Positions 1 to 9,809 are shown, numbered from the stretch's first letter. The stretch is 64,000 nt of DNA from an uncultured Verrucomicrobiae bacterium (GCA_963815455.1 CAWFGO010000001.1:832001-896000); one strand, 5' to 3'. Program-made: numbers and translations. Notes: generated from the sequence alone by a model not told the origin.

Positions 1-9
1 GGTTACGAA

Positions 10-2043
10 ATGTACCAGCCGCCGCTCTATTACGCGATCTCGGCCGCGACGCTTTCGGTGTGCGGTCTCTCCGTTGACGATCCGGCATCGGTCATCGTGT
101 TGCGCTTTTTGACGACGCTGTTTGCCATCGCGCAATTCACCTTCGTCTTCCTGAGCCTGCGTTTCCTCATTCCGAATCGAATCGGATTGCAACTTGTCGG
201 GTTAACGCTGGCCGCTTTCCTGCCAATGCAGCTTTATCTCTCGCATTACGTGACCAACGAAATGCTCGCCGCCGCCCTGATGACCGCGGCGATCTATCTC
301 TGCCTCCGGTTGCTACAGGATGAAAATGCGTCGCTCTTTCATTACGCAGGACTTGGGCTGTGTATTGGCGCGGCCATGCTGACCAAAGCGACCGGAATTC
401 TGCTGCTCCCGGTCGTTGTCGCAGCCGTGGCCGGACGATTGGTCGCCCAACGAGCAATGCTTCCAACCTGGCTGCGCAATGTTGGCGTGATGCTCGCAGT
501 TTGTTTCGCGGTTTGCGGTTGGCATTACCTCCGCATCTGGCTGCGGTTCGGAACGCCGCTTCTTGGCAACTGGGACGTGGCCAGCGGTTTTGCCTGGTGG
601 CAGGAACCCGGCTATCACACGGTGGCGGATTACTTTCGATTTGGCCGCTCACTGGTTAGGCCACTGTTCAGCGGATTCGCCGGAATTGGCGACGGAATCT
701 ATTCGACCCTATGGGGCGATGGATTGTGCGGGGGCGCGGCTGGTTTGGCGTATCGGCCCCCATGGAATTACCAACTCATGGTCGCCGGATATTTGTTGGG
801 CCTGGTGCCGGCGGTGGCCATCCTTACCGGCGCAATCACGGCGGCGGCCGGTTATATTCGCAAACCTTCCGCCGAGTTGTTTCTTTTGCTCGGCCTGTCT
901 TCGGCAGTCGCGTTCGGATTGATCTTCATGACGCTAAGGGTTCCATCGTACGCGCAAGCCAAGGCGTTTTATGGATTGTCGATCCTGGGACCACTCTGTT
1001 TTTTCGGCGTGCTCGGCTGGGAAAGGTTAACCCGAGGCCGCACCATGTTGCGAGTGGGGCTGGGATTATTTCTGGCCGTCTGGGCAATGAATAGCTTCGC
1101 CTCAGTCTGGATGGTTCGTTCGACGCAACAACGACTCTATCTGGTGCGCGGGCTAAGAGCCGACGGCAAGATCGACCTCGCCGCATCCGAAGCGGCCAAA
1201 GCAGTTCAATCCAATCCTTCAAATTCAGAAGCGCGACAAGTGCACGCCTTGATCCTGGATGACGTGAACAAGAACGCTGAAGCGATCATTGAAGCGGAGC
1301 GCGCAGTTGCGCTGAGTCCGGAGGATTCGGCCGCCCATTTGCAATTGGCGATGACGCTAAAGGGGGGCCAGAAGGAACGCGCGATATCCGAGGCGCGCCA
1401 GGCCATCGAGCTGGGCCCTGAGAATTCAGCAGCCTACAAGTTCTTGATGAGCTGCCTGCTTGAAGCGCATCGGAACGAGGAGGCAATCCATCTGGCCGAA
1501 CAATGGCTCACGATAACGCCATTCAACGCCGATGTTCATTATGCCCTGGCGCTCACCCGAGGCGAGAACGGAGATCTGACGCAAGCTGCAAATCAATTTG
1601 GTTATGTCATGGCATTGCGCCCCGATCTCGACGAGGCGCATTCAAAACTTCGCCACACGCTGCTTTTTCTGGCAACGGCGCCTAACGGACCTATGGAACT
1701 TCACGCCGTCGCCGCCCAGGCACCGGATTCGCCGAGAATGTTGGATGAATTAGCGTGGCTATTGGCAACGCATCCCGACCCGAAAGTGCGCGATGGTCAG
1801 GAGGCGACACGGCTGGCAGAGCGAGCGAACGTCCTAACCGACCGGCAGGTCCCTGCCCTGCTCGATACGTTGGCCGCCGCCTACGCCGAAGCAGGGAAAT
1901 TTCCCGCCGCGGTCAGCACTGCGGAGGAAGCGCTCACCCTGGCCCGTTCAACCGGCGACACGGACGGTGGCACTTTGAGCGAGAAAATTCTGGCCACGGT
2001 TCGCCAGCATCAACCGTATCGGGAGGAACCCGTCGGGGAGTAG
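10..2043 (+). CDS. ArnT/PMT-like (GT-C) membrane glycosyltransferase fused to C-terminal TPR repeats; probably 5'-truncated by the window edge
   Basis: Many TM helices with YQPPLYY, VTNE and LTKATG motifs. C-terminal TPR helices and LAWLLAT..RDG.EA..LAE..LDTLAAAYAEAG. Confidence 0.75.
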   Translation: MYQPPLYYAISAATLSVCGLSVDDPASVIVLRFLTTLFAIAQFTFVFLSLRFLIPNRIGLQLVGLTLAAFLPMQLYLSHYVTNEMLAAALMTAAIYLCLRLLQDENASLFHYAGLGLCIGAAMLTKATGILLLPVVVAAVAGRLVAQRAMLPTWLRNVGVMLAVCFAVCGWHYLRIWLRFGTPLLGNWDVASGFAWWQEPGYHTVADYFRFGRSLVRPLFSGFAGIGDGIYSTLWGDGLCGGAAGLAYRPPWNYQLMVAGYLLGLVPAVAILTGAITAAAGYIRKPSAELFLLLGLSSAVAFGLIFMTLRVPSYAQAKAFYGLSILGPLCFFGVLGWERLTRGRTMLRVGLGLFLAVWAMNSFASVWMVRSTQQRLYLVRGLRADGKIDLAASEAAKAVQSNPSNSEARQVHALILDDVNKNAEAIIEAERAVALSPEDSAAHLQLAMTLKGGQKERAISEARQAIELGPENSAAYKFLMSCLLEAHRNEEAIHLAEQWLTITPFNADVHYALALTRGENGDLTQAANQFGYVMALRPDLDEAHSKLRHTLLFLATAPNGPMELHAVAAQAPDSPRMLDELAWLLATHPDPKVRDGQEATRLAERANVLTDRQVPALLDTLAAAYAEAGKFPAAVSTAEEALTLARSTGDTDGGTLSEKILATVRQHQPYREEPVGE

Positions 2044-2216
2044 AAATGATCGTTTGTGTTTTCGCCAAACCAGACGAGAGTCGTCGCTTATTGGATTAGT
2101 TCTGTTCTGTTCGTTGCTTGGTAGATCGTCAGGTGAGGTTCTCCTCAGTGGTGATTTGAAACCCGATTCCCGGGAACGGCTCTGTAGCTGGCAGGTATTT
2201 TCCAAGACAAATCACA

Positions 2217-2528
2217 ATGAAACTGTATGTAGGTAATCTCTCCTTTGAGACCACTGAAAACGATCTTCAGGATCTTTTCGAACAACACGGCAAAGTTGCC
2301 GAAGTCGCGCTGATGATGGATCGCATGACCGGCAAATCGCGCGGTTTTGCGTTCGTCACCATGAACGACGCCACAGAGGCTAACGCAGCCATGGCTGCGC
2401 TCAATGGCAAAGAAGTCAATGGCCGAACATTGAACGTGAACGAAGCGCGCCCGCGTGAAGAGCGGCCGCGTGGCGGCGGTGGCGGTGGCGGCGGTGGAAA
2501 CCGCGGCTATGCCGGTTCTCGCCGATAA
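2217..2528 (+). CDS. RRM RNA-binding protein with Gly-rich tail
   Basis: RNP2 LYVGNL, RNP1 RGFAFVTM, C-terminal poly-Gly. Confidence 0.95.
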   Translation: MKLYVGNLSFETTENDLQDLFEQHGKVAEVALMMDRMTGKSRGFAFVTMNDATEANAAMAALNGKEVNGRTLNVNEARPREERPRGGGGGGGGGNRGYAGSRR

Positions 2529-2543
2529 ATCCGGAGTTTAAAC

Positions 2544-2573
2544 AGCCGGCGCTCACACTAGTGGGCGCCGGCT
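2544..2573 (+). terminator. Stem-loop after RRM gene (terminator or processing/stabilising hairpin)
   Basis: agccggcgctcac-acta-gtgggcgccggct; no U-tract follows. Confidence 0.45.
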
Positions 2574-2639
2574 CGTCCGGAAGCTTAGCAACCCATCAGC
2601 GGCGGGCCTGCCCGCTCCACTTTTCCCCCGGAAAACGAA

Positions 2640-2867
2640 TTGAATCGACAAGTGAATTCAGAAAAAGCGATCGAACTGGAAGGCATCATCATGTCGGTGC
2701 TTCCCGGCACGATGTTTCGCGTCGCACTGGCTAATCAACACCTTGTCCTAGCCCACATTTCTGGAAAGATGCGTAAACGCTTTATTCGGCTTACAGTAGG
2801 CGACCGCGTGAAGTTGCAGATGTCTCCCTACGATATCGACAAAGCACGCATTGTTTATCGTCTCTGA
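2640..2867 (+). CDS. infA: Translation initiation factor IF-1
   Basis: [29 protein letters not shown]...GDRV...SPYD..ARIVYR. Confidence 0.95.
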   Translation: MNRQVNSEKAIELEGIIMSVLPGTMFRVALANQHLVLAHISGKMRKRFIRLTVGDRVKLQMSPYDIDKARIVYRL

Positions 2868-2871
2868 TTAT

Positions 2872-3093
2872 ATGAAATTCTTCGCCGCCAGTGCCCGCCC
2901 AAAAGCCAAGAACGGTCCAGTTATCAAACGCCTTCTGGTTCGTTGCCCTTCGACCTCAAGACTGACCGAGACCGGCCAGACCATTGAAGAACAGCGCTGG
3001 GCCACCGCCAAAGTCAAAAGCCAGAAGTTTAACTGCACCCACTGCGGCCACGTCCATACCTGGACAAAAAAGGACGTCGTCCTGGCTCGCTGA
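2872..3093 (+). CDS. Small putative zinc-ribbon protein
   Basis: ATG 4 nt after the infA stop; RCPST...CTHCGHVHTW ligand pattern. Confidence 0.65.
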   Translation: MKFFAASARPKAKNGPVIKRLLVRCPSTSRLTETGQTIEEQRWATAKVKSQKFNCTHCGHVHTWTKKDVVLAR

Positions 3094-3180
3094 ACGGTTT
3101 TCGCATCCTCGGGAGTGCAGCGCGTTCTTTCGCCTGTGACAACCGAACCCGCTTAGAGTAAGATCGCGGTCCTTTTCTCA

Positions 3181-4119
3181 ATGAAAACGCTCGCGACAGC
3201 CGGTGGTCACCGGCCCGTTTTCGCCCAGCAAGAGCGATGGGTGGTTCCAACCGTCGACCAAATCATGGCGGAAGAACGCGCCGCCGCGTTTGCTAAACGC
3301 AGTATCAAGACTTCGGCCAAGCTTGAAGGTCTCAAACTCGCCATCTCGATGATGGATTTGACCACGCTCGAAGGAAAAGACACCCCCGGAAAAATCGCGT
3401 TTCTCTGCCGCAAAGCGATACAGCCTCTCGATCCGCGCTACGAAGTGCCGTCTTGCGCCGCCGTCTGTGTTTATTCGAACCTTGTCCGGGTCGCGAAAAA
3501 ATTTCTGGGCAACTCCAAGGTCAAAGTCGCTTCGGTTGCGACTGCATTCCCCACCGGGTTAATGCCGTTAAAATTGAAGCTCGCGGAAGTGCGTAGCGCA
3601 GCGGGGGACGGCGCCGACGAGATCGACATGGTCATCGATCGCGGCGTTTTTCTGGCCGGCGATTACGACCGTGTCTTCGATGAGATCGCCGCGACCAAAG
3701 AAGCGTGCGGCGAAGCGCATCTTAAAGTCATTCTCGAAACCGGCGAACTGCAAACCTACGACAACGTTCGTTTGGCCAGTGAGATCGCCATGCGGGCCGG
3801 GGCGGACTTTATCAAGACATCCACCGGAAAAATTTCGCCGGCAGCCACCATGCCGGTCACTCTGGTAATGCTCGAAGCAATCCGCGATTACTTTTACGAA
3901 ACCGGCATTCGAATCGGAATGAAGCCAGCCGGCGGCATTCGCACCGCCAAACAAGGGCTGGCGTATCTGGTCATGCTCAAGGAGACGCTCGGCGACGATT
4001 GGCTCACACCCGACCTCTTTCGCTTCGGCGCCAGCACGCTCGTTAACGATGTCCTGATGCAGATCGTCAAGAACGTGGACGGAAACTATCAGGGACCGGA
4101 TTATTTTTCGTTGCCGTAG
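3181..4119 (+). CDS. deoC: Deoxyribose-phosphate aldolase
   Basis: DLTTL, GADEIDMVI, LKVILETGEL, DFIKTSTGK, KPAGGIR, RFGAS motifs. Confidence 0.95.
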   Translation: MKTLATAGGHRPVFAQQERWVVPTVDQIMAEERAAAFAKRSIKTSAKLEGLKLAISMMDLTTLEGKDTPGKIAFLCRKAIQPLDPRYEVPSCAAVCVYSNLVRVAKKFLGNSKVKVASVATAFPTGLMPLKLKLAEVRSAAGDGADEIDMVIDRGVFLAGDYDRVFDEIAATKEACGEAHLKVILETGELQTYDNVRLASEIAMRAGADFIKTSTGKISPAATMPVTLVMLEAIRDYFYETGIRIGMKPAGGIRTAKQGLAYLVMLKETLGDDWLTPDLFRFGASTLVNDVLMQIVKNVDGNYQGPDYFSLP

Positions 4120-4158
4120 GGCAATGCTTTGCTCCGCGAAAAGCGGCGCCACAGGCGT

Positions 4159-4289
4159 GTCATCCTGAGCGAAGCGAAGGACCCCGCGAGCGGGCTGCCA
4201 ACGTCGCAAGCAATCATACGGTCATGCTTTCAGAGTGGCTCGATGCGTTCAATTCCGATCGCGAGATCCCTCTCTACGCTCGGGATGAC
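4159..4289. repeat. GTCAT-tagged paired palindromic repeat (REP-like) between convergent genes
   Basis: Left arm gtcatcctgagcgaagcgaaggacccc (4159-4185); inverted right arm gagatccctctctacgctcgggatgac (4263-4289). Confidence 0.85.
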
Positions 4290-4330
4290 CGAGCTTTATT
4301 CTGCGAGCACCGACCAAAAGCGCACCAGCC

Positions 4331-5698
4331 CTATTTCTTCTTCGGCTCGACCTTGCGGTAAAGTGTCGCCATGCTAATGCCCAGCATGCTGGCGGCTTTT
4401 TCGCGCGAGGCGCCGCAATGAGCAAGCGTCGCCTCGATGTAACCGCGCTCCTGCTGCTGAATGAATTCATCCAGCGTTTGGCCCACCGGCATCGCAGCAA
4501 TAGCATCGTCCGTTTTCTCGCCTTTCGCCTCGCTCACGATGTTTGGCGGCAAATCGCTGGGCAAAATCAGTTCTTCTTCGCATAGGGCGCAGGCGCGCTC
4601 GATTGCATTCTCCAGCTCGCGCACATTGCCGGGGTAGGAGTAGTGGCACAAAATATCGACTGCTTGCGGATCGATCTTTTTCGGCTCGCCCCCGGCCGTA
4701 CCGGCTTGTTTTTGCAAAAAATGATTCACCAGCAATGGCACGTCCTCCAAACGCTCGCGCAATGGAGGAATCTCCACCGGAATGACGGCTAACCGATAAT
4801 ACAAATCTTCGCGAAACGTTCCGTCCTTGAGTTTGGGCACCAGAGCTTCGTTCGTCGCGCCGACGACGCGGACGTTGACGGGCGAGCTCTTGTTGTCGCC
4901 AACACGCCGAACCTCGCGCTCTTGCAAAACCCGCAGCAATTTCGTCTGCAACTGCGGCGCCATGGAATTTACTTCGTCGAGAAAAATCGTGCCGAGGTTC
5001 GCTTCCTCGAATAATCCGCGCTTGTCCGCCACCGCGCCGGTGAACGAGCCCTTCTTGTGTCCGAACAATTCCGATTCGAGCAAGTTTTCCGGCAACGCGC
5101 TGCAGTTGATGGCGACGAACGGATGTTGTTGCCGGTTAGAATTGAAATGCAGACCGCGGGCGACCAGCTCCTTGCCGGTACCGCTTTCACCCACAATTAG
5201 CACGGTGCTGTCGGTATCGGCGACCTTGTTCACGAGATTGTAAACCTGCTGCATTTTGCGGCTCGTCCCGATAATGTTCTCGAACCGGTAACGATTCTTC
5301 AGTTCCTTTCGCAGGTAGGTGTTTTCTCGGACAGCGGCCTGAAAATCGAGCGCCCGCTGGATCGTCATTTGTAGCTCGTCGATCTTGAACGGCTTCGGCA
5401 CATAACCGTAGGCGCCCATTTTCATCGCCTCGACCGCGGTATCGACCGACGCGTAGGCTGTGATTAAGATCACCGAAGTCTGCCGATGATGTTCGCGCAC
5501 GTGCCGCAACACATCGAACCCGCTCATCGTCTCCATCTTGATGTCGGTGATCACAATTTGGGGCTGGATCGTGTCGAGTTGCTCGACCGCTTTCGGCGCC
5601 GCGTTAAATGGAAAAACTTCGTGCCCCTTGTCCCGACAAAGGGTCACGATCACTTCCACCATCGCCGGCTCGTCATCGATAACTATAATTTTGGCCAT
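4331..5698 (-). CDS. Sigma-54-dependent response regulator (NtrC/AtoC family)
   Basis: Receiver domain, GESGTGKE, ESELFGH, GSFTGA, FREDLYYRL, PGNVRELEN, C-terminal Fis HTH. Confidence 0.95.
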   Translation of the reverse strand: MAKIIVIDDEPAMVEVIVTLCRDKGHEVFPFNAAPKAVEQLDTIQPQIVITDIKMETMSGFDVLRHVREHHRQTSVILITAYASVDTAVEAMKMGAYGYVPKPFKIDELQMTIQRALDFQAAVRENTYLRKELKNRYRFENIIGTSRKMQQVYNLVNKVADTDSTVLIVGESGTGKELVARGLHFNSNRQQHPFVAINCSALPENLLESELFGHKKGSFTGAVADKRGLFEEANLGTIFLDEVNSMAPQLQTKLLRVLQEREVRRVGDNKSSPVNVRVVGATNEALVPKLKDGTFREDLYYRLAVIPVEIPPLRERLEDVPLLVNHFLQKQAGTAGGEPKKIDPQAVDILCHYSYPGNVRELENAIERACALCEEELILPSDLPPNIVSEAKGEKTDDAIAAMPVGQTLDEFIQQQERGYIEATLAHCGASREKAASMLGISMATLYRKVEPKKK

Positions 5699-5767
5699 AA
5701 AATCTCAGCGCGGAGAATATTTCAGATTTGAGAAAAAGAAAGCGGAAATGAGAATTTCCTTCGCAGC

Positions 5768-6973
5768 CTACGAATTGAACCCTCCTCGACCCTCGACCAT
5801 CACCCACTCGACTGCGCCGTCGAAGGCCACGATCTCCTCAAAAACAGCTGTCGATTTTGCCACCGGCACGGCGATTAGGTCGGCTTGCGAGCCGGGACGG
5901 ATTCGGCCAATCGCTTCTGTCCGATCCAATGCCCGGCCCGGATTCACCGTCACCATCTCGAGAATTTCCCGGGGCGAACGTTTCGGCCTGCGTCGTTGGA
6001 ATGCGCGCATCTCGGCGAATAAGCTCAGGCTCTCGTTGCTGGCCAGACTGTCCGTGCCGAGGCAGATGTTGAATCCGAGCGTACGAAACTTTCCGTATTT
6101 AAACGGGGAATGCCCAAAATACTCGTGACTACGCGGGCAATGAACGATGTGGGGCTGCGCTTTCGGCCGGAGCAGCACCTCCAAGTCGTCCATGCCGACT
6201 TCATTCAAGTGAACGAGCAGCCAGCGCTCGTCCAGCTCGCAGAATTCCGCGACTTGCTCCACCGGCGTGACACGATGCAAATCCGAATGATTACGACCGA
6301 GCTGAGAAAGAAAATCGAAGAGCGGGCCCCGAGATTCGCGAAACATCGCCGCTTCCTCGCGCGATTCCGCCAGATGCGTGGTCAACAAGATGTTATCGCG
6401 CCGCGCGATTTCCTGGCACCGCCGATACAAGTCCCGCGAAGCAGTGAATGGCGCGTGCGGTCCGAGTCCCCAGTTTGCTGCGCCATGAATTGATTCGACG
6501 GCCAGATCGACAATCTCATTTGCCCGCTGCGGCGAACGCACATCGATCAACTCGGCAAACCACCATGTCCGGATCGGCGGCCTGATTTGCGAAACCAACT
6601 CGGGAAACGCTGTCAGATTCGCGATCGTCGTGGTTCCATACTTCTTCGCCTCGGCAAAACCTTCCTCGATCGAGGCGACGTAATCCCGCGGCGAAAGTTT
6701 TTCCTTTTCCGTAATGATCGCGCGAATCCAATCGGCAAAGGATTCTTGCCGCGGAATCCTGCCGCGCAAGCAAGTGTAGTCGAGGTGGCAATGGGCGTTG
6801 ATCAGCCCGGGCAAGAGCGCGCGCTCGCCAAGATCGACAACGTCGCCGGCATTGCGCGCCCTGATTTCATGGAAGCCGCCAACATCGACAATCCGATCCC
6901 CGTTGATCGCGACCGCGCCGTTTCCGATTGGTGGCCCATCCATTGTGACAACAACCCGCGCCCGGAGAATCAT
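5768..6973 (-). CDS. Metal-dependent amidohydrolase (deaminase/chlorohydrolase family)
   Basis: PGLINAHCHL, PHAPFT, THLAES, LGTDS. Confidence 0.9.
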   Translation of the reverse strand: MILRARVVVTMDGPPIGNGAVAINGDRIVDVGGFHEIRARNAGDVVDLGERALLPGLINAHCHLDYTCLRGRIPRQESFADWIRAIITEKEKLSPRDYVASIEEGFAEAKKYGTTTIANLTAFPELVSQIRPPIRTWWFAELIDVRSPQRANEIVDLAVESIHGAANWGLGPHAPFTASRDLYRRCQEIARRDNILLTTHLAESREEAAMFRESRGPLFDFLSQLGRNHSDLHRVTPVEQVAEFCELDERWLLVHLNEVGMDDLEVLLRPKAQPHIVHCPRSHEYFGHSPFKYGKFRTLGFNICLGTDSLASNESLSLFAEMRAFQRRRPKRSPREILEMVTVNPGRALDRTEAIGRIRPGSQADLIAVPVAKSTAVFEEIVAFDGAVEWVMVEGRGGFNS

Positions 6974-6974
6974 G

Positions 6975-7619
6975 CTACTCGCCGCCTTTCACAGCCCGTC
7001 TGCACTCGGCCACGAGCAAATTGCACGCTTCCTGACAAAGCAGCGGAATTGTTCGCCCGCCCTGGCCGGCCTGATCGTAAGTCGAATCGAACTTTTCTTT
7101 TGGCAACTCTAACGATGCCGGCGCCCCGGTCCGATCGCGTTTCCACAAAATTGTTCGCAAACAACCGCCTTCGGACCGGCAAAAATTCCCGGCCACGCCG
7201 TCGATCTGGGCATCGGAAATCTTGGCCGCAACGCGATACATCCCCGATTGTCGATCCAACGTTTCGCGCAGCGCCGTGGTGGCAAGGCGATTTTCCTTCC
7301 ATGCAGCGAAGACAGCGAGTCTGCCCGGATAAAAATAATCCAGGGCGCGCCGCGCTTCGTTAAGATCGACAACCTCCAGTCGCCAGCCGTGCCGCAAATT
7401 GGGCGCGGTCTTTAGCGGACGATAATTTCCCGCGTCGTCATATTTCGCAATTTCTATAGCGTCCTCTGCGTTTCGAAACGTTCTTAGACCGCCTCGCCCT
7501 TCGTCGTCGCGGTGTGAAAGCACGCAACCGCCAGCAGCGGTTCTTGTAAGGAGAATCTGTCCGAAACAAATAGGATCGGCGAGCGCGGCTTCGAGGATTC
7601 GCGCGACAGAATCCGGCAT
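6975..7619 (-). CDS. DR2241-family protein (CbiX-associated, putative 4Fe-4S)
   Basis: YRPLKTAPNL..GW, RQSGMY, C...GCLR..W and LCQEACN motifs. Confidence 0.8.
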   Translation of the reverse strand: MPDSVARILEAALADPICFGQILLTRTAAGGCVLSHRDDEGRGGLRTFRNAEDAIEIAKYDDAGNYRPLKTAPNLRHGWRLEVVDLNEARRALDYFYPGRLAVFAAWKENRLATTALRETLDRQSGMYRVAAKISDAQIDGVAGNFCRSEGGCLRTILWKRDRTGAPASLELPKEKFDSTYDQAGQGGRTIPLLCQEACNLLVAECRRAVKGGE

Positions 7620-7633
7620 GGCCGCGCCCGGTG

Positions 7634-8092
7634 TTAGTGCAGGCAATGCGCGATCAAACCACCCGCGCGCTCGAGAAATTGTCGATCTTCCTGGCCGAAA
7701 GCGTTCAACGTTTCGCTCTCGGCATCGATCATCCCAACGATGCGGTGGTGATCGTTCGTCATCGGCACGATGATCTCGGAGCGAGTGGTGTGAAAGGTGG
7801 GCAGGTAGCGGGGGTCGTTCTGCACGTCGCCGACGATAACCGGCTTACCCGATTCCAGCACGGCCGAGCACAGCCCCTGGGTAATGGGAAACCGTGGATA
7901 GGCCGGCGGTTCGTCCCCCGTGCCGGCCATGATCACGAAGTCCTCCTTCACAATCTTATAAACGCCGACCCAGCGATAGCCGCGTGCGGCGCGAATCATC
8001 TCCACCAATTGCTTCATGCGCTTCTTGGTACACCCGCCAGCCAGGGCAAATGCCCCTATCTCTTGTAGCTGCTTGCAGGTCGTGTCTTTCAT
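7634..8092 (-). CDS. GAF domain protein (MsrC/YebR-like fold)
   Basis: WVGVY, GLC, VGDVQNDPRYL, SEIIVP, DAES..AF..ED. Confidence 0.85.
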   Translation of the reverse strand: MKDTTCKQLQEIGAFALAGGCTKKRMKQLVEMIRAARGYRWVGVYKIVKEDFVIMAGTGDEPPAYPRFPITQGLCSAVLESGKPVIVGDVQNDPRYLPTFHTTRSEIIVPMTNDHHRIVGMIDAESETLNAFGQEDRQFLERAGGLIAHCLH

Positions 8093-8152
8093 TCGCGGGA
8101 GAGCAATCTCGTGCAAAAGAAAACAAGCGCGAGCACGATTTCAACCCCTACC

Positions 8153-9022
8153 TCAAGATTTCCCGGCCTGGTCGATAATGATGTCGGCGAAGCCCGGGTC
8201 GGTGCCAATGGCGCTGGCGTAAAACAGGGCACGGTCGTCGATTTTGTAGGGGTTCCTACCGAAGACTGAGCCGTTGCCGTCATCCCGAGCGGAGTCGAGG
8301 GATCCCGGGGAATTACTTAGAAGCTTCGCACCGGGATCCTTCGACCCCGAAAGCTTTCGGGGCTCAGGATGACTGGAAATTCCGAGCAGCTCTGGAATGT
8401 CGTCATAACTGTGAAGCCCGTCCGAGATAAAGAATGGGACCACCACCACGTTCGGCGTTTGCGTCAGTTTTCTCCAATCGGAAACGAGCGGCGCCTCTTC
8501 CATATAAACATTGAGCACCTCAGCGTATTTTCCGATGACCCGGATCTTTTCTGCCTCGCGCTTCGCCGCAGCCGCGCTGTTCTCATTCAAGTCGGTGCCG
8601 TGCGCGACAATCAGCAAACTGGTCATGGCAGGATCGACATCGGGCGCGACGTCGTGCGCCCGTTGCAGCAGCAAATCGGTCATCGACGGGTGATTCCCAA
8701 CCGGCTCGCAATATTTCCAAACTTGTCCGGTCGTCCGTCTCGTGATCGGGCCATCGAGTTCGAGTTCACGGGGAATCACCGTCTGCGTGAAATACCCTTC
8801 GCTAATGAAATTGGGAACGACGTAAACCTTGCGAATCAATTCCGGATCGAACAGGAAAATTGCGTCGCGCAAACTCGGCTCCTCTTTCCAAAAAGCGCAG
8901 CCAACATCGACAAAAACCTTCCGGCGCCGAATTTCGGCTGCTTGCGCCAGCGTCGGCGCGCTCGAATCGGGATTCACCGTCGAACCGTGGCCTACGATAA
9001 GAAGAGCGGAGTCCGGCTTCAC
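8153..9022 (-). CDS. cbiX: CbiX/SirB-family chelatase carrying an in-frame palindromic insertion
   Basis: GHGS, AFWKEEP, VPNFISEG, AHGT, VPFFISDGLH motifs. Confidence 0.85.
   Translation of the reverse strand: MKPDSALLIVGHGSTVNPDSSAPTLAQAAEIRRRKVFVDVGCAFWKEEPSLRDAIFLFDPELIRKVYVVPNFISEGYFTQTVIPRELELDGPITRRTTGQVWKYCEPVGNHPSMTDLLLQRAHDVAPDVDPAMTSLLIVAHGTDLNENSAAAAKREAEKIRVIGKYAEVLNVYMEEAPLVSDWRKLTQTPNVVVVPFFISDGLHSYDDIPELLGISSHPEPRKLSGSKDPGAKLLSNSPGSLDSARDDGNGSVFGRNPYKIDDRALFYASAIGTDPGFADIIIDQAGKS
8278..8373. repeat. CGTC/GTCAT-tagged paired palindrome inside the cbiX CDS
   Basis: cgtcatcccgagcggagtcgagggatccc ... gggatccttcgac(cccgaaagctttcggg)gctcaggatgac; 96 bp. Confidence 0.85.
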
Positions 9023-9027
9023 TCAGA

Positions 9028-9066
9028 AAACGTCCAACGCCCAACGCACAACGTCCAACGCTCAAT
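9028..9066. repeat. Heptamer tandem array (CAACGYY class, 5 units)
   Basis: aaacgtc caacgcc caacgca caacgtc caacgct caat. Confidence 0.85.
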
Positions 9067-9088
9067 TTCTATGGACGATCCAATCGCG

Positions 9089-9116
9089 GTCATCCCGAGC
9101 GCTGTCGAGGGATCCC
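9089..9116. repeat. Single-arm GTCAT-tagged palindromic repeat
   Basis: gtcatcccgagcgctgtcgagggatccc; nearly identical to the arm at 8279. Confidence 0.8.
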
Positions 9117-9126
9117 GTCGGTTCGC

Positions 9127-9726
9127 TCAAGAAGATGGGGTGCGCACCGGACAGAGCGGTAATACGGTTTTGCCGTACAATTCGTTGAGGACCTGGGCGA
9201 GGCCGGTGTAAATGGCGGAAAAGCCGCACAAGATTCCTTCCCAGCCGGTGAAATGTTTAAAGCCTGGGCTTGCGCCGGTGTAATCGCCGTAAGCGAGCAG
9301 GAAAAAAAGAACCGTCAGAGTGAAGAAGACGACCTGGAGGGCGCGGTTGAGCCGCAGGGTCCCGATAAACATGACCGCGGTGAACAGTCCCCACATGGCG
9401 AGATATGCAGCCATGGCGGTGTCGTTAGACGCCGTGCCCCAGCCAAGTTTCGGCAAAACGATCAGCGCGACGAGCGAGAGCCAAAACAAGCCGTAGGAAG
9501 TAAAAGCAGTGGTGGCAAAGGTGTTGCCCTTTTTCCATTCCATGATGCCGGCAATGACCTGGGCGATGCCGCCATAACAAATGCCCATCGCCAGAATCAT
9601 GCTGTTGAGCTCGTAAAAACCGGCATTGTGCAAGTTAAGCAAAACGGTGGTCATACCGAAACCGAGCAGGCCGAGCGGGGCAGGATTGCCGGTCGCATCC
9701 TTGATTTGAGTAAGGGGTTCGTTCAT
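9127..9726 (-). CDS. satP: Acetate/succinate uptake transporter (GPR1/FUN34/YaaH)
   Basis: [33 protein letters not shown]. Confidence 0.92.
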   Translation of the reverse strand: MNEPLTQIKDATGNPAPLGLLGFGMTTVLLNLHNAGFYELNSMILAMGICYGGIAQVIAGIMEWKKGNTFATTAFTSYGLFWLSLVALIVLPKLGWGTASNDTAMAAYLAMWGLFTAVMFIGTLRLNRALQVVFFTLTVLFFLLAYGDYTGASPGFKHFTGWEGILCGFSAIYTGLAQVLNELYGKTVLPLCPVRTPSS

Positions 9727-9775
9727 GGCGGCAGTGTGTTGAGAAAAACTTTGGAAACGCAATCACAAATCGGCT

Positions 9776-9802
9776 GGCCGGGGTCGGCGACCCCGGCTAC
9801 AG
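9776..9802 (-). repeat. GTAG-tagged REP palindrome
   Basis: Minus strand CTGTAGCCGGGGTCGCCGACCCCGGCC. Confidence 0.8.
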
Positions 9803-9809
9803 ATTACGC

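Noticed and set aside
2469..2497. GGC/GGT tandem repeat
   Set aside because: It simply encodes the normal Gly-rich tail of the RRM protein.
4129..4377. 82-aa ORF after deoC
   Set aside because: It is mostly a translation of the palindromic repeat (VILSEAKDP...SLSTLGMT) and overlaps the convergent regulator.
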